DNA of 64,000 nucleotides from Candidatus Poribacteria bacterium (GTDB lineage Bacteria; Poribacteria; WGA-4E; JAJDTR01): NCBI GenBank assembly GCA_965222225.1, contig CBDCTK010000002.1, positions 4,352,001 to 4,416,000 of the forward strand, read 5' to 3'. Shown piece by piece: positions 28,062 to 38,340 of this stretch (position 1 is its first letter; each line of letters starts with the position of its first letter). The notes under the pieces were generated by a model. It saw only the letters and a program-made list of their open reading frames with translations, ran no database searches and was not told where the DNA came from. The position numbers and the translations under genes were made by a program.

Positions 28062-29441
28062 ATGCAGTGTCTTGGTATTGATATTGGTTCTTCAAGCATC
28101 AAAGGGGCGGTATTGAACCTTGAAGATTGCGCCGTGGGGGAAGTTATCAGGGAGGATTTTCCCGCACCAATTTCGGAACTACCAGTGGGATACTTCGAGG
28201 TGGAGCCTTCTCAAATTCAGGAGACGGTCGAAAGTGTCCTCGTCAAGTTGCTGGAGATAGCTCCGGATGTCTCGAGTATTCACTGGACGGGGCAGATGGG
28301 CGGAGTCATTTTAGCCGACGAGGCGGGCAACGCGCTGACAAATTATATTTCTTGGCGCGACCAACGTATGCTGGAGCCATATCCCTCCGGTGACGGCAGC
28401 TACTATCGGATACTTGAGCAGCGGCTAACTCGAACACGAATGCAGCAGCTTGGCAACGACTGCAAACCCGGCTCTGCGTTTAGCTTGTTATTTTGGTTAG
28501 CGGAACAGGGGGAACTACCCGATTCAGCGATTCCATTGGCTCTCGCCGATTATGTTACGATGAGACTCTTTGATGCGGAACCGGGGACCGAATACACGAG
28601 TGCCCTCGGCACCCTGAACATGCAAACGTGTCTTTGGCATCGGGAGGCGTTCAACGAGTTGGGCATCGGAAAGTTGCACTGGCCACAGTTGACAGATCCG
28701 TATCACGTGGTAGGTGAGATGGCGGTGCACGGTAATGTGATTCCATCTTATCCGTCGGTCGGAGACCATCAATGCGCCCTGGTCGGAATGCGATTGCGGA
28801 AGAACGAGTTGTCCATCAACGTGTCGACGGGTTCGCAAATTAGCTTATTGGCTGACGACTATCAACCCGGCGACTACCAAGTTCGCCCCTATTTCGATCG
28901 ACAGTATCTCAAAACGCTGACTCATTTACCCGCTGGCAGATCGTTAAACGTGCTGGTTGACCTATTGAGTGAGATTCCTCATGCTCAGGGGCTTGAGGTT
29001 GAAGATTCTTGGCTCTACATCACGAAGGCGGCGGCAGCCGCGGAGACCGACCTCAATGTTGACCTTTCTTTTTTCGAGGGACCCATGGGCAGCCGTGGCG
29101 AAATTCGCAATATCACAGTTGATAACTTAAATGTCGGCACGCTCTTTCGCGCGGCTTTCGATAACATGGCGAACAACTATGAGGTATGCGCCTCTCGGCT
29201 TTCGCCGGAAGAAGATTGGAATGGTTTAGTACTTTCGGGCGGGCTTGTAGGAAATTGCGACATTTTGCGCAGATTGATTATTGAGCAGTTTGACTGTTCC
29301 GTTCGTCTATCCGCGACATCCGAAGAGACGATGGAGGGTTTGCTAATATTGGCACTGGTGGCACGTGGACGATTCGACAGCGTGGCAGAAGCAAGTGCGG
29401 AGGTGGAGACTCGGCAAATGGCAATCGGTAATGTCGGCTAA
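28062..29441 (+). CDS. FGGY-family carbohydrate kinase (sedoheptulokinase-like)
   Basis: LGIDIGSSSIK, TGQMGG, SWRDQR, GDHQCA, NVSTGSQ; start moved to ATG 28062. Confidence 0.88.
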   Translation: MQCLGIDIGSSSIKGAVLNLEDCAVGEVIREDFPAPISELPVGYFEVEPSQIQETVESVLVKLLEIAPDVSSIHWTGQMGGVILADEAGNALTNYISWRDQRMLEPYPSGDGSYYRILEQRLTRTRMQQLGNDCKPGSAFSLLFWLAEQGELPDSAIPLALADYVTMRLFDAEPGTEYTSALGTLNMQTCLWHREAFNELGIGKLHWPQLTDPYHVVGEMAVHGNVIPSYPSVGDHQCALVGMRLRKNELSINVSTGSQISLLADDYQPGDYQVRPYFDRQYLKTLTHLPAGRSLNVLVDLLSEIPHAQGLEVEDSWLYITKAAAAAETDLNVDLSFFEGPMGSRGEIRNITVDNLNVGTLFRAAFDNMANNYEVCASRLSPEEDWNGLVLSGGLVGNCDILRRLIIEQFDCSVRLSATSEETMEGLLILALVARGRFDSVAEASAEVETRQMAIGNVG

Positions 29442-29845
29442 AAGTCGATGAACGTGTTGCGGGGTGGCACTGCCTGCCATCTTTCGGAGATCACATTTTT
29501 AGTGATTACAACTAAGAATTACACATATAGGATTCATGCAGTTCGGTTTGTGGTAGCGCAGTCTATTGCGTGTTTTCTGTAGAAGCGAGTTTTGCTCGCG
29601 TCAGGCGGTCGCGGTCGGGAGATCGCTCCTACAGTAGGTTTTGTCATAAAAATCTCCAATCATAAAATCGCTAATTTCCCTCCATAATTATGTGTAAACA
29701 TGAATGGAAAAGAATATAAGTTGATAGACTCATTTGCTCGCGACAAACTTCCATAGTCGTCAGTGGCTGGCAGCAGCGGTGACTTAGACCGAACAGTAAA
29801 GCACTTTGATTTCAGCACGACAATCGAGGAAGCGAAGATTCTTAA

Positions 29846-30055
29846 GAGCCTGTTTGAATAATCGGTAGCAAAGCCATAATTGGTTATTTCTAGGAAGTTT
29901 TTTCATGCTTTTATTGTTGTCTGCTACGGACCTGTCGCCCCTCTGGGGCTTAAGTGCACGGGGTTTTGGCGTTTCTATACACCTGTCGCCCCTCTGGGGC
30001 TTTTAGAGGCTGGTGCACAGTGCGCACCCTACAAATGTACTTTTCAAACAGGATC
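29846..30055. mobile_element. MITE, TIR GAGCCTGTTTGAA, TAA target duplication (IS5-family-like ends)
   Basis: TAA-GAGCCTGTTTGAA...TTCAAACAGGATC-TAA; internal CCTGTCGCCCCTCTGGGGCTT x2. Confidence 0.8.
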
Positions 30056-30101
30056 TAAAGGATCGAAAATTGAGGAAATATAATTCTAAAGGAGACAATG
30101 A

Positions 30102-32279
30102 ATGGAACAAGATTTTTCTAACGAAAACCATTGGTCCGATGTGTTTTTCGCCGAAGAACCTCACCCAACGTTGAGTTATCGTTCAGGGATGGTTGTCTAT
30201 GAAGAATCGCTCATCAAGGGAGGCTTCGTGTCCAGAACTTGGAACGGGTCGGGCTACGTCAACGCTTGGGAGGATGTCCGGCTTGACCCGGCTCAACACG
30301 CCGCGCCTCAGTCGTTCTGGCTTGAAATAGACGGGCAACTCCTTGCATCACACTGGGAATGGGTCGATTTTGAGAAGAACGAGGAGACTCGACACGGATC
30401 TCACGGCGAATGTACCTGTCTGCACACTATAGTGACGCTTAGGCATACGGTCCGTCCGGTGACGGTGAAGGTCCACATGCTGTTAGATGCCACGCCGGTT
30501 ATGACTCGATGGCTTGAGATAACCAACACGGGAGATCAACATGCAGCACTCTCGGCGGTGTATCCATGGAGCGGCGTATTGAAATTTTCGGGCCAATGGG
30601 GAAGTCATGGCGTACCGGTAGCGACAGACATGTCAGATCTCTATTCTATCGGATACATGGCTAATTCCGCTTGGGGTGACGAAGGGAATTTCAAATGGCA
30701 CTCGCTTCCAACAGCGGGATACCGCGTGGATGGACGGTATCGCCGAGATCGGCATCGCCACCCGATGTTTGTCCTACGGAATAACGCCACCGGCGAACAT
30801 TTTATCTGTCAACTCGCTTGGTCGGGCGGTTTCTCGTTCGAGTTTGATCTTGATGCGCCTGTTGGCGATGTGGGGCCTTATAGCCTCTTTTTCCGCGCCG
30901 GACCCGATGCGCCACCGCCACATCGTGTCATTGCGCCCGGGGAAACGGTCACGTCGCCTGAAGTTCACTTGGGTATGGTGTTCGGCGACTTGGACGCGAG
31001 TATTCAAGCGATGCATGATCATCTGCGACGCAGCGTGTTCATGCCGCAGCCTAGAGGGCGCGGCGGGTGGATTGAGTCCGGAATCGGTCCCGAGCTTGAA
31101 ATCACTACCGATTATGTCTTTCATCAGATAGAGAACGCGGCGGCTTGGGGCAGCGAGGTTTTCTTTATCGACGCCAGTTGGTATGCACCGCCCTACGGGA
31201 GTTGGTCGACTACAGTCGGCGATTGGGAGGTGGACAGGCAACGTTTTCCGGACGGAATCGGACCGTTCCGCGATCGGTGCCATGAACACGGGATGCTCTT
31301 CGGGCTTTGGATGGATTCCGAGCGCATTGGGCCCGAAAGTCAAATTGCGGTGGAACACCCGGAATGGTTGGCAACCGCCTACGATGGCGAACAAAGACTG
31401 GGACGAATGCTGGACTTATCCAATCCGGATGCGGCGAAATGGATGGAGGAGCAAATTACCCGAGTCATTTCTGAAAATCAGTTGGAGTTTTACCGGTTAG
31501 ATTACAACGTTGGGGGGATTCGTCAAGGCGGCCAAACCGAACGCAACGGCTATGTGGAAAGCCTCTATTGGCGATACTACGAAACGCTCTATGCGATGTA
31601 TGATCGTTTGCGCGCACGATTCCCGGACGTAATTTTGGAAAGCTGCGCCGGCGGAGGGGGACGCACGGATATTGGCATGGTGCGACGCTTTAGTCACTCT
31701 TGGGTCACGGATTGGCAGATTGCTCCGCGTTCTTTTTCCATAACCAACGGGATGACGATGGCACTGCCACCGGAACACGTAGACCGTCTCGTCGCCGGTC
31801 AGAATGGACACATTGTCGCAGAACTCGAATTTCAGTGGCGGTTGTTGCTCTTCGTCAGACCTACGCTGGCGTTCTTTCATCCGCTCGGCGCGAGTTGGAA
31901 TCCTAATCAGCTCGCACGCATTCGGCATTTCATTAACCTATACAAACACTTCGTTCGACCATTCATGAACACCGGACGAATCTATCACCATACGCCTGCC
32001 TTTGAAGGTACCGAACCTACCGGCTGGGGTGTGCTGGAGCTTGCATCAAGAGATCGCCGACGTGCCATTGCGGGCATATTTCAACTGTCGGCGCCGCAAG
32101 AGAGTGAGTATTGTTTACGCTTCCGCGGCTTGGATGTTTCCAAACGCTATCTCGTGACCTGGGACAATAGTGGTCAGACCTGCGAAATAGACGGCTTTAC
32201 GCTCATGAAACAGGGCGTCACAATTCGGCTTGAAGGAGCGTTAACTTCAGAGTTATTGCGATGCAATGCAACCGAATAA
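30102..32279 (+). CDS. Alpha-galactosidase, GH36
   Basis: FFIDASW, GDW..DRQRFPDG, FGLWMDSE, RLDYN, ESCAGGGGRTD, WVTD. Confidence 0.88.
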   Translation: MEQDFSNENHWSDVFFAEEPHPTLSYRSGMVVYEESLIKGGFVSRTWNGSGYVNAWEDVRLDPAQHAAPQSFWLEIDGQLLASHWEWVDFEKNEETRHGSHGECTCLHTIVTLRHTVRPVTVKVHMLLDATPVMTRWLEITNTGDQHAALSAVYPWSGVLKFSGQWGSHGVPVATDMSDLYSIGYMANSAWGDEGNFKWHSLPTAGYRVDGRYRRDRHRHPMFVLRNNATGEHFICQLAWSGGFSFEFDLDAPVGDVGPYSLFFRAGPDAPPPHRVIAPGETVTSPEVHLGMVFGDLDASIQAMHDHLRRSVFMPQPRGRGGWIESGIGPELEITTDYVFHQIENAAAWGSEVFFIDASWYAPPYGSWSTTVGDWEVDRQRFPDGIGPFRDRCHEHGMLFGLWMDSERIGPESQIAVEHPEWLATAYDGEQRLGRMLDLSNPDAAKWMEEQITRVISENQLEFYRLDYNVGGIRQGGQTERNGYVESLYWRYYETLYAMYDRLRARFPDVILESCAGGGGRTDIGMVRRFSHSWVTDWQIAPRSFSITNGMTMALPPEHVDRLVAGQNGHIVAELEFQWRLLLFVRPTLAFFHPLGASWNPNQLARIRHFINLYKHFVRPFMNTGRIYHHTPAFEGTEPTGWGVLELASRDRRRAIAGIFQLSAPQESEYCLRFRGLDVSKRYLVTWDNSGQTCEIDGFTLMKQGVTIRLEGALTSELLRCNATE

Positions 32280-32298
32280 ACCACAAGGAGAATTTCCG

Positions 32299-34212
32299 AT
32301 GAAAGCAACGAAGTCTCACTCTGGCTTAACGCTTATTTTTTATCTCTGTTCCGTTGCCGCGCCAACTCTGCTGGTGCTTTCCGTTGTTGCGGCGGAGCCG
32401 AAACAAGTTCCCGTCCCAGAGGAGGCGCACAATCCACCGTGGCTGGAAAGCCGTAGGCAGGCGCAGTTGGAGACAGTCGATCAGTTCAAGGTTTTCTATG
32501 ATTTTCAGTTTACTGACCGCGTCATGGATAGCGGAATTCAATTTGTTCACCAGATAGTGGATGATGCCGGGAAAGCCTATAAGTTGGTTCATTACGACCA
32601 TGGCAATGGGGTGGTAATTGCAGACGTTGACAAGGACGAACTGTATGATATCTACTTTATCAATCAGCTGGGAAGCAACGAGTTGTGGAGGAACCTAGGG
32701 GACGGCAGATTTGAAAACATTACGGAATCCGCAGGTGTGGCGGTAGCGGACCGCATCAGCGTCACCGCTTCCTTTGCCGATACTGACAACGACGGCGATC
32801 CGGATCTCTTTGTCACCACGGTCGGAATGGGCAACCTCTTATTTGAAAACGACGGAACCGGCGTGTTTAAGGATGTCACAGAGACATCGGGACTAGGTTA
32901 TGTCGGACATTCGTCCAGCGCCATATTCTTCGATTACAACCTTGACGGTCTGCTAGACCTCTTTTTGACCAATGTGGGCGTCTACACCATACCGCTCAAG
33001 GGGCGAGGCGGCTATTGGGTCGGGCTTAGGGATGCCTTCACCGGTCACTTAAAGCCGGATCGCACCGAAAACAGCATTCTTTACAGGAATATGGGGGACA
33101 ATCGTTTCGAGGATGTCACCGAAGAAACCGGCTTGATTGATGGAAGCTGGAGCGGCGACGCCTCGCCGATAGATGTCAACGGCGACAATTACCCGGACCT
33201 GTATGTGTTGAACATGCAGGGCCATGATGAATATTACGAGAACGTTAAGGGCGAGTCCTTTGTGAAGAAGAGCCGTGAAGTCTTCCCGAAAACCCCGTGG
33301 GGCTCAATGGGAATCAAGGTTTTTGACTATAACAATGATGGTTTGCTGGACATCATTATTTCGGACATGCACTCGGACATGTCCGAGGATATTGGTCCGG
33401 CGCGCGAGAAGTTGAAATCCCGGATGCAGTGGCCCGAGTCCTCACTACGCTCCGGGGGTAACAGTATCTTCGGCAATGCGTTCTTCAAAAACGAGGGCGG
33501 TGGCAATTATGTAGAGGTCTCGGACGAGATAGGCACCGAGAACTATTGGCCCTGGGGATTAAGTGTCGGCGACCTGAATGCGGACGGGTACGACGATGTG
33601 TTCATAACCTCGAGTATGAACTATCCGTTTCGATACGGTGTGAACTCCCTGCTGCTGAACAATCGCGGTGGAATGTTTCTTGATAGTGAATTCATCGTAG
33701 GCGTTGAACCTCGTCGAGATGGACGAACGACGAAGCCGTGGTTTGAGCTCGATTGTTCAGGCGAGGATAGGGGACACAAGGATTGCAAGGGGCAAACGGG
33801 GCGGATTACGGTGCTTGGGGCATTGGGGACGCGATCGTCCGTCATCTTCGATCTGGATGACGACGGTGACTTGGACATCGTCACGAACGAGTTCAACTCT
33901 GAGCCGTTGGTTTTAATCAACAATTTGTCCGATAAGAAAACAGTCAATTATCTTAAGGTGAAGCTGATCGGGACAGACTCAAACAGAGATGGATTGGGTG
34001 CCAAGGTTACGGTTACCGCTGGTGCGAAGTCCTACGTTAAAGTCCATGACGGACAGTCGGGCTACCTTTCACAGAGCCTATATCCTCTGTACTTCGGATT
34101 AGACGACGCAGGCCAAGTGGATCGGATTGACGTCCATTGGCCCTCGGGCAAAAGGCAGGTCGTTACGGGTCCTCTTGATGCCAGTAAATTGATTGAAATA
34201 AAGGAGGAATGA
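32299..34212 (+). CDS. CRTAC1/ASPIC-UnbV family protein with FG-GAP-like repeats
   Basis: Repeated DxDxDGxxD motifs; C-terminal SNRDGLGAKV...GYLSQS...FGL...WPSG; ATG 32299 follows SD AAGGAG. Confidence 0.92.
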   Translation: MKATKSHSGLTLIFYLCSVAAPTLLVLSVVAAEPKQVPVPEEAHNPPWLESRRQAQLETVDQFKVFYDFQFTDRVMDSGIQFVHQIVDDAGKAYKLVHYDHGNGVVIADVDKDELYDIYFINQLGSNELWRNLGDGRFENITESAGVAVADRISVTASFADTDNDGDPDLFVTTVGMGNLLFENDGTGVFKDVTETSGLGYVGHSSSAIFFDYNLDGLLDLFLTNVGVYTIPLKGRGGYWVGLRDAFTGHLKPDRTENSILYRNMGDNRFEDVTEETGLIDGSWSGDASPIDVNGDNYPDLYVLNMQGHDEYYENVKGESFVKKSREVFPKTPWGSMGIKVFDYNNDGLLDIIISDMHSDMSEDIGPAREKLKSRMQWPESSLRSGGNSIFGNAFFKNEGGGNYVEVSDEIGTENYWPWGLSVGDLNADGYDDVFITSSMNYPFRYGVNSLLLNNRGGMFLDSEFIVGVEPRRDGRTTKPWFELDCSGEDRGHKDCKGQTGRITVLGALGTRSSVIFDLDDDGDLDIVTNEFNSEPLVLINNLSDKKTVNYLKVKLIGTDSNRDGLGAKVTVTAGAKSYVKVHDGQSGYLSQSLYPLYFGLDDAGQVDRIDVHWPSGKRQVVTGPLDASKLIEIKEE

Positions 34213-34226
34213 AGGGGGTTGATTTA

Positions 34227-34455
34227 GAGCCTGTTTGAATAATCGGTGGCAAAGCCATTTTTGGTCATTTGTAGGAAGTTTTTTCATGTTTTCATTGTTT
34301 GGCTGCTACATAACCTGTAGGATCTCTATCGCAGCCGCTATCCGTTCGTTTGATCCCCGCTGGGGCTTTTAGAGGCTGGTGCGCAGGGATCTCTATCGCA
34401 GTCATTATTCATTCCTTTGATCGCACCCTGCAAACTGTACTTTTCAAACAGGCGC
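34227..34455. mobile_element. MITE (same family as 29846..30055), TTA target duplication, carrying two micro-insertions
   Basis: TTA-GAGCCTGTTTGAA...TTCAAACAGGCGC-TTA. Confidence 0.8.
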
Positions 34456-34983
34456 TTAATCTCAATTTTCTCGAAATTGTTTAGGTTCTGTTGACAGATC
34501 ATCGTTACCTAGATGATTGAGGGAGGCATAAATTGGTTCGCTGATATAAACAAATTGGACTATGTGACCGCGAGTTGGTGTTAAGTCAGGGTGGGAAGAG
34601 GAATCTCTATCGCGCTCATTGCCCACTCAATTGATCTTCATTCAGTCACTTGACACTACGGAGTCGCGAGTGAAACTCGCTCCTACAGGTGTTGGGTTTC
34701 ACTGTGTTTAACCCGACCTACGGGTTAGTTGTGGGCGGGGCAAGGGGATCTCTATCGCACTCGCTATCCGCTCGCTCGATCCCCGCCTACGGATTCGGTG
34801 TCGCACGGCTTTCCGTTCAGTCCAGTCGTTGTATTTTTGTACAAGTCGAGCTAAGAATCTGTAACCGTGGACTATTGAGTACGTAAGTTTCATAGTCAGA
34901 TTTCGCACCCTCGTTAATGGGATTGGGGTTGTCGGATTCGAAATCGGCAACTGCAATTTTTTCTTTTCGCTGCAAAAAAACTG

Positions 34984-35012
34984 TTGACACACCACGGGAA
35001 TTTAACTATAAT
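34984..35012 (+). promoter_or_regulatory. Consensus sigma70 promoter of the LamG array
   Basis: TTGACA-17-TATAAT exact. Confidence 0.8.
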
Positions 35013-35268
35013 TAAGGTAATCTGGCAGTTATAAGTTGTCGGAGAAGGCAGCAATGATGTTTTTTGATGCCACAGTTGAGTGATAATCGTGTAAATTGAT
35101 AGATGGTTTTCTCCCAAAACGGTTGAAATGTCGTAGGGGGAAACTAAGAACCGGGTATATGGAACCCGGAATGATGTTTGCGGGCTAAAGCAATCCCGTA
35201 AATGTATACGGGTGAGATGCGCTTCGCCGCTTCCTCCCCTCAAATTAATAAACATGAAGGAGATTGAC

Positions 35269-36108
35269 ATGAATATGGGTTTTGTTAGATCAAGCCTATT
35301 ATGCCTAGGTGTGCTCTTGGCGTGCCTAGCCTTTACAAACATTAGCGACGCCGTCACAATGGACGATGTCCTTGCTGTCTGGACTTTCGACGAAAATGCT
35401 GGTGAAGAAGCCGCGGATAGCTCCGGCAACGGCAACAATGCCGAATTCAAATCAGGCGCTCCCCAATGGGTCGCCGGTAAATTCGGCAGCGCGTTGCAGT
35501 TTAACGGCGGCGACGCCGAAGACGGCGACTGGGCAGAAACGGGTGCCCCGGTCGTTGTGGATAGCGTTGACTTCACGATGGGTTGTTATGTGAATCCAGG
35601 CGACTCCCAGAAAACTTGGACGAACATTCTCTCAAGCCACGAAGAGCCGCCGCGCCGTGGTATTTCCTTTGAGATGATTGAAAACAATCTCAATTTGTTC
35701 GGTATTGCTGTTGGCGACGGTGAAAACTGGGCCGGGAATGGTACCGTTCAGCTTGACACCGGCGTGTGGAACCACATGGCTTTCGTTCGTACCGGCAATA
35801 TTGGCACATGGTATTGGAATGGCGTGCCCGAAGAATTCGAGATGCCGGGAGGCATGTTTGAATTGGCATCCGCCAATCCGGTTGTCGCCGCCACCAAACC
35901 CTTCCGCATTGGCAACTGGATACTCGGGGGCCGCGAATTCAACGGAGCCGTTGACGACGCTTTCATCTTTGGGAGACCGTTGAGCGCCGACGACATTGCC
36001 GATATCGCAGCGAACGGTATTGCTGCCGCACTTGCTGGCGGTGGAACTCTCGTTGATCCGAGGGACAAGGCATCGGTTACTTGGGGAGAGATTAAAGCCC
36101 GAAGGTAA
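35269..36108 (+). CDS. Secreted LamG-like (ConA jelly-roll) protein 1 with C-terminal TWGxIK motif
   Basis: WTFDE, GKFGSALQF, WNHMAFV, FNGAVDD; ends VDPRDKASVTWGEIKARR; SD AAGGAG. Confidence 0.9.
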   Translation: MNMGFVRSSLLCLGVLLACLAFTNISDAVTMDDVLAVWTFDENAGEEAADSSGNGNNAEFKSGAPQWVAGKFGSALQFNGGDAEDGDWAETGAPVVVDSVDFTMGCYVNPGDSQKTWTNILSSHEEPPRRGISFEMIENNLNLFGIAVGDGENWAGNGTVQLDTGVWNHMAFVRTGNIGTWYWNGVPEEFEMPGGMFELASANPVVAATKPFRIGNWILGGREFNGAVDDAFIFGRPLSADDIADIAANGIAAALAGGGTLVDPRDKASVTWGEIKARR

Positions 36109-36148
36109 CTTCAAGCAGATAACTCTCTTGGGTAATCAACATCCATCC

Positions 36149-36177
36149 GTGAGGGCACGAGTTCCATGTGCCCTCAC
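36149..36177 (+). terminator. Intergenic hairpin
   Basis: GTGAGGGCAC-9-GTGCCCTCAC; lacks a clear U-tract. Confidence 0.45.
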
Positions 36178-36202
36178 ATCTCCTATAGGAAGATTTTAGG
36201 AA

Positions 36203-37009
36203 ATGATAAAAGTCACAAATCTAAGACTTTTCCTCTTCGTTCTCCTGCTTGGCTATGGTTGTTTTCTCTCGGCAAACATCGCTGTGGCGCAACTCGACTT
36301 TGATGGCGCCTTGGGGATTTGGCTGTTTGACGAGGGACGAGGGGATAACATTGAGGATTTCTCCGGCAACGACAATAACGGGGCAGTTGCGCAAGGCAAC
36401 CCCAATTGGGTGGATGGGAAGTTCGGCATGGCATTGGAGTTTGAACAGAATAGCTGGGTGACAATGGATACTCCTGTCGTGACAGTCGAAAAGATGGTTG
36501 ATTTCAGCATGGGGTGTTGGGCGAACCCCGAGAACAAACAAAAGACGTGGACAAATATTCTGTCCAGCCACCAAGAGCCGCCGCGCCGGGGTATTTCGTT
36601 TGAAATGATTAACAACGACCTCAATGTGTTCGGGATTGCTATTGGCGACGGAATAAATTGGGCGGGGGCAGGAAAAGTCCAACTAAAAACCGGTGCTTGG
36701 AATCACTTGGCGTTCGTCCGCACAGGCCGAAACGGAACATGGTACTTGAACGGAAAAATCCAAGGTAAATTCGGCTTGGCTTCGGATGATCCCGTTGTCG
36801 CTGCAACATCCGACTTTCGAATTGGCAATTGGGTGCTCGGGACTAGGGAGTTTAACGGCAAGGTTGACGAATCGTTTGTTTTTAGCCGTGCGTTAAGTGC
36901 CGATGAAATTGACATCATCGCCAAGAAGGGCATTGAGAACGCACAAGCCGTTTCCCCCAAAGACAAAGCGACTACGACTTGGGGAAAAATAAAATCCTGG
37001 CATCAATAA
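36203..37009 (+). CDS. Secreted LamG-like protein 2
   Basis: Paralog of protein 1 (KTWTNILSSH.EPPRRGISFEM); ends VSPKDKATTTWGKIK. Confidence 0.9.
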   Translation: MIKVTNLRLFLFVLLLGYGCFLSANIAVAQLDFDGALGIWLFDEGRGDNIEDFSGNDNNGAVAQGNPNWVDGKFGMALEFEQNSWVTMDTPVVTVEKMVDFSMGCWANPENKQKTWTNILSSHQEPPRRGISFEMINNDLNVFGIAIGDGINWAGAGKVQLKTGAWNHLAFVRTGRNGTWYLNGKIQGKFGLASDDPVVAATSDFRIGNWVLGTREFNGKVDESFVFSRALSADEIDIIAKKGIENAQAVSPKDKATTTWGKIKSWHQ

Positions 37010-37267
37010 CCTAACTAACGCCCTGAGGAGTTTGTATTGAGTTCCTTTCGGGTTGCATAACCCAGTGGGCCGTAGGACGTGGCCCCTTAAACATTACATC
37101 AACAGCAAAGGAGGTCTCTGTCGGGATGATTCATGTGTTACGTCTGTTCCGTTGAACTTCCAGTTGGTGCGTGTTGAGCTCACGGAAGAAGCATATTCCT
37201 GACATTATAAACGTCAGTCAACTTAGGATGTGTTCACCTATTTTTGAATCTTCCCGGCAAAAAACTC

Positions 37268-38104
37268 ATGAAGATAATAATTGCTAAAGTAACGCTTTTC
37301 GCCATCAGTTTTGTATTCGTAGGTTTATTATTCACGAGCGCCGCCCATTCACAGCCTTTTCTGAGAAAAGCCGTGGCAATCTGGCTGTTTGATGAAGACG
37401 GGGGCAAGAAAGTCAACGATTTTGCCCGCAATAACCACGATGGCGAGTTTGAGGGCAAACCTGATTGGGTGCCGGGTAAATTCGGGTCGGCATTAGAGTT
37501 CAGCGGCGCGGACGAAAACCAGTGGGTAGACATTAACCGTCCGGTGGTCGTAGACACCGTTGATTTCAGCATCGGATGCTGGCTGTTACCAGGCGCCCCG
37601 CAGCACTGGCACCAGAATGTACTCGCCGGTCGGGACGCAGACGGGTCAGATACGGGCATTTCCCTTGCGCAGTACGAAAACGCGGTCAATAGCTATCGAA
37701 TTGTTATCGGAGGCGTGTTCAATTGGCAGGGGTTGGGCAATCCGAGACACGCTGCCAGAATAAATCAGGATGAATGGACGCATCTGGTTTTCGTGCGTGA
37801 AGGTAGGAACGGGATATGGTATAAAAACGGCGAACCCGATCGTCCGAAACGCGGCGATTTCTATATTGATATAGGATCAGTGAAACCAGCGAATCCTTCT
37901 GAGGCAAACTTCCGCATAGGAGCCGCTGTATTTGATGAAGCACGGCGCTACAGAGGCATTATTGACGAGGCGTTCGTGTTTGAAAGAGCGCTGAGTCAGG
38001 AAGAAGTTCAACGGGTCATGAACGAGGGATTTCAGGAAGCGCAAAACGTCGATTCCAAGGGCAAGACCGCGACGGTCTGGGGACAGATAAAGTCGCGGCA
38101 TTAG
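37268..38104 (+). CDS. Secreted LamG-like protein 3
   Basis: WLFDE, GKFGSALEF, WTHLVFV; ends VDSKGKTATVWGQIK. Confidence 0.9.
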   Translation: MKIIIAKVTLFAISFVFVGLLFTSAAHSQPFLRKAVAIWLFDEDGGKKVNDFARNNHDGEFEGKPDWVPGKFGSALEFSGADENQWVDINRPVVVDTVDFSIGCWLLPGAPQHWHQNVLAGRDADGSDTGISLAQYENAVNSYRIVIGGVFNWQGLGNPRHAARINQDEWTHLVFVREGRNGIWYKNGEPDRPKRGDFYIDIGSVKPANPSEANFRIGAAVFDEARRYRGIIDEAFVFERALSQEEVQRVMNEGFQEAQNVDSKGKTATVWGQIKSRH

Positions 38105-38340
38105 CCAATTTTCTAGTTCCCAAACCTGCTGTTAAAGATTCTTAGGAATCTGAAGTCGACACAAACGATCAACGTGCCACGGGAGACTTGCCGCAGGAGA
38201 TCGGGATGATTCATGTGTTACGTCTGTTCTGTTAATCTTCAGGTTGGCACGCGCCGATCCTCACTGAGGAAGCGTGCCCTAACATTATAGGCTTCCATAA
38301 AAGTACCCGGCTATTTCTGAATCGTCCCGGAAAACAACTT

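Noticed and set aside
35113-35195. c-di-GMP-I riboswitch
   Set aside because: A GAAA-containing stem and a CTAA-like loop are superficially similar, but the GGCAAA and GACGCAAA core is missing
34914-35576. 220-aa minus-strand ORF
   Set aside because: Antisense to LamG gene 1, its leader and its promoter; no motif support
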